41,647 nucleotides of DNA from Gemmatimonadota bacterium (GTDB lineage Bacteria; Gemmatimonadota; Gemmatimonadetes; Gemmatimonadales; Gemmatimonadaceae), in assembly GCA_031372565.1 (NCBI GenBank), contig JANMLN010000187.1, forward strand, positions 1-41,647, written 5' to 3'. This document shows, one piece after another, positions 28,695 to 37,019 of the stretch. Position 1 is the first letter of the stretch. Every line of letters starts with the position of its first letter. The notes beneath the pieces were generated by a model. It worked only from the letters and a program-made list of their open reading frames with translations, had not been told where the DNA came from and searched no databases. The position numbers and the translations under genes were made by a program.

Positions 28695-30302
28695 TCAGTT
28701 GACCTGCCGCAGCTCCACGCGACGGTTCTGCGCCCGTCCAGCCTCGTTGGCGTTGGTGGCCACCGGGCGTGCCGGGCCCAGGCCCCGCGCAACGACGCGG
28801 TCAGCATCCACTCCCTTGCTGATCAGGTAGTTGCGCACCGACTCGGCGCGCTGTTGCGAGAGTCGGCGATTTGCGAGCGCCGGCCCGCGATTGTCGGTGT
28901 ACCCCTCCACGGCCACGCGCACGTTGGGATTCGCCACCAGGATCTCGGCCACCTTGTTGAGCACGTTGTAGGACTCGGGGAGCAGGGTGGCGAGCGTGTT
29001 CTCGAAGGTCACCCCCTGCAGCGTGATGCTCTTCCGCGTCGGCGTGAAGAGCAGCGTGCAGCCCACGGCGTCCACCGGAGTGCCCTTCGCCGTGTTGGGG
29101 CACTTGTCCTTGTCGTCCGTCACGCCGTCGCCGTCGGAGTCCACCGGGCAGCCGGCGGCGTCCACCTTGATGCCGACTGGCGTGTTGGGGCACTTGTCGT
29201 CGGCATCGCCTACGCCATCGGAATCGACATCGATGGAGCAGCCGGCGGCATCCACCTTGGTTCCCGGGAGCGTGTTGGGGCAGGTGTCGCGGTAGTCCGG
29301 CACGCCGTCGGCGTCCGTATCCACGGGGCACCCCGTGGGGGTGACCTTGACGTTTGGCGGCGTATCCGCGCACAGATCGAGGTAGTCGGCCACTCCGTCG
29401 GCGTCGGCGTCGAGCGGACAGCCGCTCGCGTCCACCTTCACGCCATCGGGCGTAGCCGGACACTTGTCGAGGTAGTCGACGACGCCGTCCTTGTCCGTGT
29501 CGAGCGGACAACCGGCGGCATCCACCTTGGCCGCTGTGGGGGTGTTGGGGCACTTGTCGAGATAGTCGGCCACGCCGTCCTTGTCGGCGTCGAGCGGGCA
29601 GCCGTTCGCATCAACCTTGATCTTCCGCGGGGTGGCCTCGCAGCGGTCGACCTTGTCGTCCACGCCGTCGCCATCGGTATCGCGACCGCCGCCGGCGCGG
29701 AGGGTGAGTCCGGCTTCGACGCCGTAGTTCACGTCGATCCCGGTTGCGGGAATGCCGAGTCGTTGCTTTGGGTAGAAGATGGTGCCCATGACGCCATCCA
29801 CACGAAGGCCCAAGCGCCGCGAGAAGCGCCAGTCCACCCCCGCCACGAAGCGCGCGCCGATGTCCCACACCGCAGACTCGGACGCATTCACGGGGACGCC
29901 GAGGTAGGCGTAGCTCCCGTTGATCCCCGCGAAGCGGTGCCGATGCACCACGTAGCCGCCGCCGCCGTGCACGTCCACGCGCTCGGACAGGGCGCCGTGC
30001 GCGGTGAGCATGCCGGAGGTCGAGTAGCTCAGTTCCTTGGCGTTGCCATTGGTGCGGGCGCCGGTGAACTCGAGCGCCAGGTTGTCGGTGAGGAAGAGGC
30101 CGAGCCGCCCGCCGATGCCGTTCTGGGTGGCGGTGCTCCATGGCATGCCGGGGTCGAAGCGTTCGATCTTGCGGAAGAAGGAGAACTCGACGGTGCCCGA
30201 CTCCGGCGCCTGCGCAGCGGCGGAGTGCACGGCGGCGGCCTGCACGGCCAGCGAAACGCCCATGACCGCTGCGCGCACAACCCATGGCCCGAACGATCGC
30301 AT
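28695..30302 (-). CDS. OmpA-family outer-membrane protein with thrombospondin type-3-like repeats
   Basis: N-terminal beta-barrel-like region, seven Asp/Cys repeats, C-terminal VEGYTDN..N..LS..RA..V...NRRVE. Confidence 0.92.
   Translation of the reverse strand: MRSFGPWVVRAAVMGVSLAVQAAAVHSAAAQAPESGTVEFSFFRKIERFDPGMPWSTATQNGIGGRLGLFLTDNLALEFTGARTNGNAKELSYSTSGMLTAHGALSERVDVHGGGGYVVHRHRFAGINGSYAYLGVPVNASESAVWDIGARFVAGVDWRFSRRLGLRVDGVMGTIFYPKQRLGIPATGIDVNYGVEAGLTLRAGGGRDTDGDGVDDKVDRCEATPRKIKVDANGCPLDADKDGVADYLDKCPNTPTAAKVDAAGCPLDTDKDGVVDYLDKCPATPDGVKVDASGCPLDADADGVADYLDLCADTPPNVKVTPTGCPVDTDADGVPDYRDTCPNTLPGTKVDAAGCSIDVDSDGVGDADDKCPNTPVGIKVDAAGCPVDSDGDGVTDDKDKCPNTAKGTPVDAVGCTLLFTPTRKSITLQGVTFENTLATLLPESYNVLNKVAEILVANPNVRVAVEGYTDNRGPALANRRLSQQRAESVRNYLISKGVDADRVVARGLGPARPVATNANEAGRAQNRRVELRQVN
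29052..29681 (-). repeat. Seven 90-bp coding tandem repeats (DxDxDGVxDxxDxCPxTPxxxxVDxxGCP)
   Basis: Seven 30-aa units counted in the translation. Confidence 0.9.
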
Positions 30303-30404
30303 GCTCCGCCTGTTCCTTGGCCTCGCCCTGCCGGTGGGCACGACGACCGCCCGCCGGTGGTACGGTCGCGTGGCGCCAGCGGCTCAACTGACGCGCTTGC
30401 GAAC

Positions 30405-30525
30405 GTAGCGGTGCAGGGGGGCGGGGAAGCGTTCGTCACTGAAAGGTGACGAAGTCGGTTCGACCTCAGGCGCGCGAGCGACGCGTGGTATCCGAGCGCC
30501 TCTCGTCGCCCGCCACCACCGCTAC
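30405..30525. other. Structured intergenic element (nested inverted repeats)
   Basis: GTAGCGGTG 30405-30413 pairs with CACCGCTAC 30517-30525. Internal hairpin TTCGTCAC-TGAAAG-GTGACGAA at 30432-30453. Confidence 0.4.
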
Positions 30526-30547
30526 CCCTACCCTCGGAAAGACGCGG

Positions 30548-31432
30548 TCATCGGTGGGCGAGTGTCTGGACTCTCGGGCGACGCCCGACGAGCGCCCCCA
30601 GCACCACCACGTTCGCCGTCACCGCCAGCCAGAGCGAGAGCGGTCCGTACCACACGACGAGCCAGACTGCCCCGGCAAGCAGCCCGTTTCCCCAGCGGCG
30701 CCACGAGACTGCATCGAGAAGGAGCAACCCGAGCGCGACGCCGAACGCCAGCAGGGACCACACGAGGACCGCGAACTCGCCCGTCTGCCCCGCGAAGGAT
30801 TCTACGCGTCCCTCGGCGCGGTCCTTCACGCCGTGCAGGACCTTGCGCACGGCCACATGGTCCGCGAACTCCGTGAAGAGATCCATGCCGAGCGCGAGCG
30901 GCTGTGACCAGTGATGGCTCCACTGGATGCGGCTGACGAGGCGCGTGTGCAACGCGTCCATCGGATAGAGCGCCCACGTGAATCCACCCGGATACCGCCC
31001 CGCGCTGCCCGCCCAGACGAGAAATCGGTCGGGCGTGACCGCGTTGACGACCAATCCGCCCGCGACGCTCAAGGGGAGGGGATCGCCCACCGCCAAATGC
31101 TGCAGCTCGGGCACGATGCGTTCCGCGCTGTGGATGCCGCGCGGGCTTCCGATGTTCTCGACGATGTCGTAGCCGTAGAAGCCGGCGCGCCCCCAGCCGA
31201 GCTGCACGAGCCACGGCCAGATAGCCTCGGGGGTGGCGTTGATGGTGATGGCGCGGGTGGAGAGAAAGGTCGGGTGATCGCTGAGCTCGTCGCCGGGCAT
31301 GGCACGCGCGGTCTCGTCATCGGTCGCGCCCCAGCGGAGCTGCGCGGGGCGCGCCCAGCCCATGTACGCGCCGAGCACCAGCGCGAGGACGCTCAGGGCG
31401 CTCGCCGCCTTCCGTACGCGTTCGTCAGCCAC
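30548..31432 (-). CDS. SRPBCC-like membrane-anchored protein
   Basis: WGATDDE..MPGDEL, TRAITINATPEAIWPWLVQLG.GRAGFY.YD, C-terminal TM helices. The GTG start overlaps the upstream stop. Confidence 0.75.
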   Translation of the reverse strand: MADERVRKAASALSVLALVLGAYMGWARPAQLRWGATDDETARAMPGDELSDHPTFLSTRAITINATPEAIWPWLVQLGWGRAGFYGYDIVENIGSPRGIHSAERIVPELQHLAVGDPLPLSVAGGLVVNAVTPDRFLVWAGSAGRYPGGFTWALYPMDALHTRLVSRIQWSHHWSQPLALGMDLFTEFADHVAVRKVLHGVKDRAEGRVESFAGQTGEFAVLVWSLLAFGVALGLLLLDAVSWRRWGNGLLAGAVWLVVWYGPLSLWLAVTANVVVLGALVGRRPRVQTLAHR

Positions 31433-31868
31433 CGCGCGCGGGACCCAAATCCAGACCGAGCGGCAGGACCGCACGTGGCGCGATGCCCAGCAGGAGGAGC
31501 ACCAGCACCAACTCGACGATGCCGAAGCCGAAGTACACGGCTTGCAACCACGCGAAGTGCCGGATCACGGCGAGCTCGACGAAGATCCAGATCAACATGC
31601 CCAAGCCGGCAACGGCCGCGAGCAGGAGTGCCGCGCGCATGCGCCGGACGAGGGCGACGGCGGCGACGAACTGCGTCCCGCCGACGATCGCACCAAGGAT
31701 GAGGCCGGGCATGACGAACGAGTGGAAGGGCGATCCCTCGAGGAGCGACGGGGGCACGCCAGCGCCGTCCATTCCGATGGCCATCACCGTGCCGATGGCG
31801 GCGGAGAGTACGCCGAAAGTGGTGAGCGCAATGAGCACGCGCAGCAGGTGCACGGGCGAGACGGGCAT
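31425..31868 (-). CDS. Four-TM hypothetical membrane protein
   Basis: LLEGSPFHSFVMPGLILGAIVGG, WIFVEL and hydrophobic segments. Confidence 0.75.
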   Translation of the reverse strand: MPVSPVHLLRVLIALTTFGVLSAAIGTVMAIGMDGAGVPPSLLEGSPFHSFVMPGLILGAIVGGTQFVAAVALVRRMRAALLLAAVAGLGMLIWIFVELAVIRHFAWLQAVYFGFGIVELVLVLLLLGIAPRAVLPLGLDLGPARGG

Positions 31869-32042
31869 GCAGGCTCGTTGCGGACGTTCGACGCGTCCTG
31901 CGCCTGTTGCCCGCGTCGAAGGGAGCGTGTCGGACGGGTGCCGACGCGGTCCCTGCAACGTGGCATCGCGCGCGCGGCCGTCAATCGCACGATTGGTCAG
32001 GGTCGAGCACGCGCGCGATCGAGCGCGAGCCCCGGCGCGTGC

Positions 32043-32627
32043 TCAGCGCGTCGGCCTCGGCAGCGCCGACGGCGGAATCATGCCGTTCAACCGCATGTAG
32101 TTCGAGATCTGGCTGTAGTGATCCGCCAGGTCGAGCGCGTGGCCGAGCGCCATCGCGGCGCGCGTCACGGTGCGCGTGTTGCCGTTGAAGGTGAGCGTCG
32201 CCGACTCGGGGAGCGTCGCGTCGGTGAGCTGCTCCATGGCCTGCGCGCAGAAGGCGAACGACGCCTTGAGCTTGGTCACGAGCTCCGCCTTGGGCCACGT
32301 CGCCTTGACCGAGTCGGGGGTCGTCTTGTCCTTCGCTTCCTCGTTCGACTTCATCGCGCCGAAGGTGTTGCAGAAGAGGTAGCTGTCGCTCGCGATGTGC
32401 TGCGCGATGTAGCCGATGGTGAGCTGAGCCGGCGTGGGCTTGTAGCTGAACCTGGATTCCGGGATCGAGTCGAACGCCTGCGCCAGCAGGCGGTGCGAGC
32501 CCAGGATGCGGCCCTTGAAGGCGACGACGATCGGGTTGGCCGGCGTGGCGGCGGGGGCGGCGGGCTGCTGCGCGCCGAGCGCGGCGGGCAGCGCGAGGGC
32601 GGCGATGGTCAGACGGACGAGGCGCAT
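32043..32627 (-). CDS. Secreted DinB-family protein
   Basis: Signal peptide, IPESRFSYKPTP, HIASD, KLKASFAFC and DHYSQISNYMRLNGMIPPS. Confidence 0.88.
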   Translation of the reverse strand: MRLVRLTIAALALPAALGAQQPAAPAATPANPIVVAFKGRILGSHRLLAQAFDSIPESRFSYKPTPAQLTIGYIAQHIASDSYLFCNTFGAMKSNEEAKDKTTPDSVKATWPKAELVTKLKASFAFCAQAMEQLTDATLPESATLTFNGNTRTVTRAAMALGHALDLADHYSQISNYMRLNGMIPPSALPRPTR

Positions 32628-32727
32628 GGGGGCTCCGAGGAGGGGGGAAGCGCGTACCCTTGAGTCTCGCGGGAGGGAGCGAAGTCGCGCAACTGCACAC
32701 GGCTGCTGGCACGCACCGTGCGCCGCC

Positions 32728-32787
32728 AGCAACACCCTCGCAGCCGGCGCCGCGGATGACGATGTCGGCGGAAGTGGGCAGGGTCAT
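32728..32787 (-). pseudogene. Relic 5' fragment homologous to the start of the FAD oxidoreductase at 27070
   Basis: MTLPTSADIVIRGAG versus MTLPPSAGIVICGAG (12/15 aa; 35/45 nt). Homology fades after about 20 codons. Confidence 0.75.
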
Positions 32788-33110
32788 GGCTCGGGGTTAG
32801 TCGTGTGGCGGGCCCATTGTCCGCGACGCGTACCTCGCCGCACATTGCTCGCGCCTCGACACCATGCGGCGCACGTGCCACGCTGCGCGCGACCGTTCAA
32901 TCCGTTTTGCGACGGGGCATCACGATCGACAACCACCGCGCGCTCCGCGCGCTTCTGACAGGGTCCGCCAATGATCGAGACCAGCTGCGTCGCCCCCTCT
33001 CCCGCGTCTGCCCGAGCGAGCTTCGCGGCCAAGCACGACCGCTCGGCGTCGATGCCGGGGAGCCCCACGGCACGTGCCCAGGACGTCGCACCGTCGGCGG
33101 AGGTGCCGTC

Positions 33111-33743
33111 GTGAACGCGTCGATCTTGCGCGTCCTGCTCGTGGTCGGCGCAGCGAGCCTCACCGCGTGCCGCGCTCCCGCCACGACCATCCCCGATCCG
33201 GCGCAGTGGTCCACCGTCTGCGACGCCAACGCGACGCGCACGCTGGCCTGCGCCGCGCCGGTGGGCAGTGAGGTGCGCCTGTCCGAACGCGCCACCCGCG
33301 CGGGTGCGTCGCCGCGCGTCACCGAGGGCGTGGTCCTGTCGCTGTCCGCGGACACGATTGGCCTGCTCCGCGTGGCAACCGACGCGGACGCGGTCGCACG
33401 CGCGCGTGCGGACACCGTGTCCATTCCCGTCGGGAGTCTCGAGGAGATCCGGCGTCCGCGCATGCGCGCCAACGGTGAACGCTCACGAATTGGCGGCCTC
33501 GTCGGCGGGGCCGCCGGCCTCGGCATCACGCTCGTCACCTACTGCGGCTCCACGCCGCGCATCTGCGACAAGGGGCTCGGCGGCATCGGAAAGCTGATCG
33601 CCGGAGCTCTCGGCCTCGGGTTGGGTTACTTGGTGGGCGCATCCGTCGGACCATCGCTGCCGATCACAGAATGGGCGGTGGTGTGGCGGCCGGGATGGGA
33701 TCCGGCGGTGACGACCCCGCCCGCGGCGGCCGGCGGGAGCTGA
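33111..33743 (+). CDS. Hypothetical lipoprotein with C-terminal glycine-zipper hydrophobic hairpin
   Basis: GGAGG upstream of GTG 33111, lipobox LTAC, GGLVGGAAGLG and GALGLGLGYLVGASVG. Confidence 0.7.
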   Translation: MNASILRVLLVVGAASLTACRAPATTIPDPAQWSTVCDANATRTLACAAPVGSEVRLSERATRAGASPRVTEGVVLSLSADTIGLLRVATDADAVARARADTVSIPVGSLEEIRRPRMRANGERSRIGGLVGGAAGLGITLVTYCGSTPRICDKGLGGIGKLIAGALGLGLGYLVGASVGPSLPITEWAVVWRPGWDPAVTTPPAAAGGS

Positions 33744-33793
33744 ACGTCGGACAGCGTCCGGGCCGAATCGTGCGCCCATCGGCGCGGCCGACG

Positions 33794-35194
33794 CTAGTTG
33801 TCGACCGCCTCGTCGTCGTCAGCCTCGATGGACCCGAGCGCCAGGAGTTCCGTAGCCGCCGTGTCCGGAAGCCCCTCGACCTCGCGCAGCTTCCGCGCCA
33901 TCGCTCGGCTTCGCGTCCCCGTGTTCTCGAGCGTGCGACCCGCCAGGTCCAGTTGCTTCCGCGCCTTGTCGAGCACGTCGCCAAATTTGCCGAACTCGGT
34001 CTTCACGGCGGCCAGCAGGCGCCAGACCTCGGCCGAACGCTGCTCGATCGCCAGCGTGCGGAATCCCATGCGGAGCGCCGTGAGCAATGCGGCCAACGTC
34101 GTGGGACCGCAGAGCATCACCTGCCGCTGCTGCAACTCCTCGAGCAATCCCGGGTGTCGCAGCACCTCGGCGAACAGCCCCTCGGTCGGGAGAAAGACGA
34201 TACCGAAGTCGGTGGTCACGGGCGGGGCCACGTACTTCTCGCGCACATAGTCCGCGTAGCCGATCACCCCCTTTGCCAGGGCGGCGCGGGCCGCGCGCGT
34301 GCCGTCCGCATCGCCAGCATCCATGGCGAGCATCAGGCGCTGGTACTCCTCCTGCGGGTACTTGGCGTCCACGGGGAGGTACACCGTCGAATCGGCGCCT
34401 CCCTTGCCGGGAAACTTGATGGCGAACTCCACCCGCTCGCGCGAATCCTCGCGCGGCGCATAGTTGGCCACGTATTGGTCGGGGGTCAGCACCTGCTCGA
34501 GGATCGCCTGCAGTTGCAGCTCGCCGAAGACGCCGCGCGCCTTCACGTTCGACAGCACCTTCTTGAGATCGCCCACGCCGGTGGCGAGCTGCTGCATTTC
34601 GCCCAGCCCCTTCTGCACCTCGAGCAACCGCGTCGTCACCTGCTCGAACGACTGACCGAGCCTCGTCTCGAGTGTTGCGTGAAGCTTCTCGTCCACGGTG
34701 ATGCGCATCTGCTCGAGCTTCTGCTCGTTGCTCGCCTGCAGCTCGCCAACCTTGGCGTCGAGCGACTGACGGCTAGCCTCGAGCTGCGCGGTCATGACCG
34801 CGCGCACCTGTTCGAGTCCGTCGGTGAGTTGGCGCAGGAGCGTGACGCTCGCACCCTGCTGCTGTTCAGTGAGCGCGGTGACGCGACGGTCGAGTCCTTC
34901 CATGACCGTGGCCTGGCCCTGACCGAGTGCGTCGACCGAAGTACGGAGTGATGAGGCCAACGCGTCGAAGGTTCGCAGCTGCTCGGCTTGCGTCGTGGAC
35001 TGCCCGAGCCGGAGCTCGTCGCGCTGCTCTCGCAGCCCCCCGGTGAAATCCTGCCGGAGTCGTTGGAGGTCGTCCTGCACAGGTCGCAGGTCGCTCGCGG
35101 GACCTCGGCCGCTCCGGAGGAGCACGGCCACCAGCAATCCGATGGCGACCACCAGCAGCAGGAGCACGGCGAACAGAATCGTTTCGGAGGACAT
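33794..35194 (-). CDS. rmuC: DNA recombination protein RmuC
   Basis: N-terminal TM, coiled coil, VDEKL..TLE.RL, KARGVFGELQL, PVDAKYPQE and FLPTEGLFAE. Confidence 0.95.
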   Translation of the reverse strand: MSSETILFAVLLLLVVAIGLLVAVLLRSGRGPASDLRPVQDDLQRLRQDFTGGLREQRDELRLGQSTTQAEQLRTFDALASSLRTSVDALGQGQATVMEGLDRRVTALTEQQQGASVTLLRQLTDGLEQVRAVMTAQLEASRQSLDAKVGELQASNEQKLEQMRITVDEKLHATLETRLGQSFEQVTTRLLEVQKGLGEMQQLATGVGDLKKVLSNVKARGVFGELQLQAILEQVLTPDQYVANYAPREDSRERVEFAIKFPGKGGADSTVYLPVDAKYPQEEYQRLMLAMDAGDADGTRAARAALAKGVIGYADYVREKYVAPPVTTDFGIVFLPTEGLFAEVLRHPGLLEELQQRQVMLCGPTTLAALLTALRMGFRTLAIEQRSAEVWRLLAAVKTEFGKFGDVLDKARKQLDLAGRTLENTGTRSRAMARKLREVEGLPDTAATELLALGSIEADDDEAVDN

Positions 35195-35326
35195 GGGCGG
35201 GAGGGACAGCGGGCCGATGGGTGCGTGGCCCGGGCGGCAGCGTCGCCTCCGGAGCTCGGTGGGCGAGTCTAGCGGTCGCCTCTGACAGGTGCCAGCGCGG
35301 AGGGTGCGGTGAGCCGCCCCCCGCAT

Positions 35327-36682
35327 CTACCCCACGCTTTCCGGCACCCCGCCAGCGACGGGGTGCACCGCCGCATCGACCACCTTCCGAAGCGTGGCCG
35401 CGACAATCGGCTTCTCGAGGATCGCCACCACCAGGCCCGGCATGCCCGTCCACGAGATCTCGCCGTGCACGTACGCGGACAGATAGACGACCTTGACGTC
35501 GGGCTCCAAGCGCACGATCTGCTCGATCATGCGCATGCCGGTCATGGTCGGCATGATGACGTCCGTGATGATGAGCGAGGGACGATCGCGCGACGGGGCC
35601 TCGGCGAAGCGGAGGATGGCCTCGGCCGGGTCCGAGGTGCCCCAGACCTCGTACCCGCGTCCCGAGAGCACGCGCGTCATCTCGAAGAGCAGGGCGGGGT
35701 CGTCGTCCACGACGTAGACCGAGGCGGCGGGACGCCAGCCAGCCAGCTGAGGCAACGGCGTCGGCACCGGCGTGAAGCTCGTGGGTGTCAGCGCCCGGTC
35801 GCTGCGATGCTCCGCGCGAGGTTCGGCAGGCGGCGCCACGAAGACGGCGTCGCGCCCTCCCTCCTTGGCCTGGTACAGCGCCCGGTCGGCGGCCCCGACC
35901 AGGAGTTCGTACGTCCCCATCCCATCCTCGTACGCCGCCACGCCCGCACTCACCGTCATCCGCCCCCACCGGAACTCCAGCGCCCGGGTCTGGTTGCGAA
36001 CGCGCTGCGCGAACATCGCACCCGCCTCGGGGTCCGTGTCGCGCAGCACGGAGATGAACTCTTCACCCCCGAATCGGGCGGACAGGTTGGACTTGCGCGT
36101 GTTCGTCTGCAGCACCTGCGCAAACGCCTGAAGGGCATCGTCGCCGGCGGCGTGCCCGAACCGGTCATTCACCGACTTGAACCGGTCGAGGTCGAAGATC
36201 ACCAGGGTGAGGGCGCTGCCGCGCGCCGCGGCGGCGAACTCCTGCTCCATCACCATGTCCGCGTAACGCCGGTTGGGAATCCCCGTGAGGCGATCGATCA
36301 TGGCCAACGACTCGGCGTTGCCGCGCTCGCGGCGGAGGACCTCGGCGAGGCCGGCGATGCCGACGGACACGCCGAGGTAGACCCCCACGATGCCCGCGAG
36401 CAGCGGCCAGTTGGGCGAGGCAATGTCGAAGATGACCAGGCTGAGTTGCGTCGCGGTGATGACCGCCATCCCGTCGGCGAGCGCGATCGCGACTCCCGCC
36501 AGACCGCGATAGTAGGCGAGCAGGAACGCGGGGATGAGCGCCGTGAGCCAGATGAGGGTGCCCACGTCACTGCCGACGTGGCTGGGGAGCCAGAACGCCA
36601 CGACCACGGGGACGATGAGCGACGCGATGGAAATGGCCAGCGCATGCGCCGGCACTGGCCGGCGCTCGAGATGCGCCTGCAT
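35327..36682 (-). CDS. Membrane diguanylate cyclase with C-terminal receiver domain
   Basis: TM helices, DRLTGIPNRR, DLDRFKSVND, RFGGEEF, then REC motifs VYVVDDD / IITDVIMP / LEKP. Start uncertain (36682 or 36889). Confidence 0.88.
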   Translation of the reverse strand: MQAHLERRPVPAHALAISIASLIVPVVVAFWLPSHVGSDVGTLIWLTALIPAFLLAYYRGLAGVAIALADGMAVITATQLSLVIFDIASPNWPLLAGIVGVYLGVSVGIAGLAEVLRRERGNAESLAMIDRLTGIPNRRYADMVMEQEFAAAARGSALTLVIFDLDRFKSVNDRFGHAAGDDALQAFAQVLQTNTRKSNLSARFGGEEFISVLRDTDPEAGAMFAQRVRNQTRALEFRWGRMTVSAGVAAYEDGMGTYELLVGAADRALYQAKEGGRDAVFVAPPAEPRAEHRSDRALTPTSFTPVPTPLPQLAGWRPAASVYVVDDDPALLFEMTRVLSGRGYEVWGTSDPAEAILRFAEAPSRDRPSLIITDVIMPTMTGMRMIEQIVRLEPDVKVVYLSAYVHGEISWTGMPGLVVAILEKPIVAATLRKVVDAAVHPVAGGVPESVG

Positions 36683-36921
36683 TGCACGCTCCCGCGCACC
36701 CGGCTCCGGTTCCCACGCCACGGCTTCCTCCTCGTCGCCCCCCTCTCGCGCCGCACACAGGCGCGCCCGGCTGAGCGAGGGTCGCGTTGCCGGGGACTGT
36801 GCACAGGCTACTGGGCCGCGCGTGTCGAGCCCATCGCTCGTTGGGGCTAGCACGTCGGGGAGGATGAGTCTCGGGCGAGCGGCAACCATTCACGGCGGGC
36901 GCAGCAGCGAGGGGCTGAGTG

Positions 36922-36955
36922 AGCAACGCGCCGGACGTTCGTCCGGCGCGTTGCT
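36922..36955. terminator. Perfect 15-bp hairpin downstream of the large regulator gene
   Basis: AGCAACGCGCCGGAC-GTTC-GTCCGGCGCGTTGCT; no U-tract. Confidence 0.55.
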
Positions 36956-37019
36956 GCGGAATCGCTCGGACGCGCCGACCCGGCGCGCCGATCTCGGCAT
37001 CACCGCGAGGAGCCTCGCA

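Noticed and set aside
30454..30470. GGTTCGA resembling a tRNA T-loop
   Set aside because: The flanks do not form a T-stem, and no cloverleaf or acceptor stem can be built.
31981..32787. 268-aa ORF beginning with the oxidoreductase-like start
   Set aside because: After about 20 codons it is low-complexity and overlaps the DinB gene out of frame. Treated as a relic fragment.
36683..37019. c-di-GMP riboswitch upstream of the diguanylate cyclase
   Set aside because: I could not find class I or II consensus elements; only a simple perfect hairpin is present.
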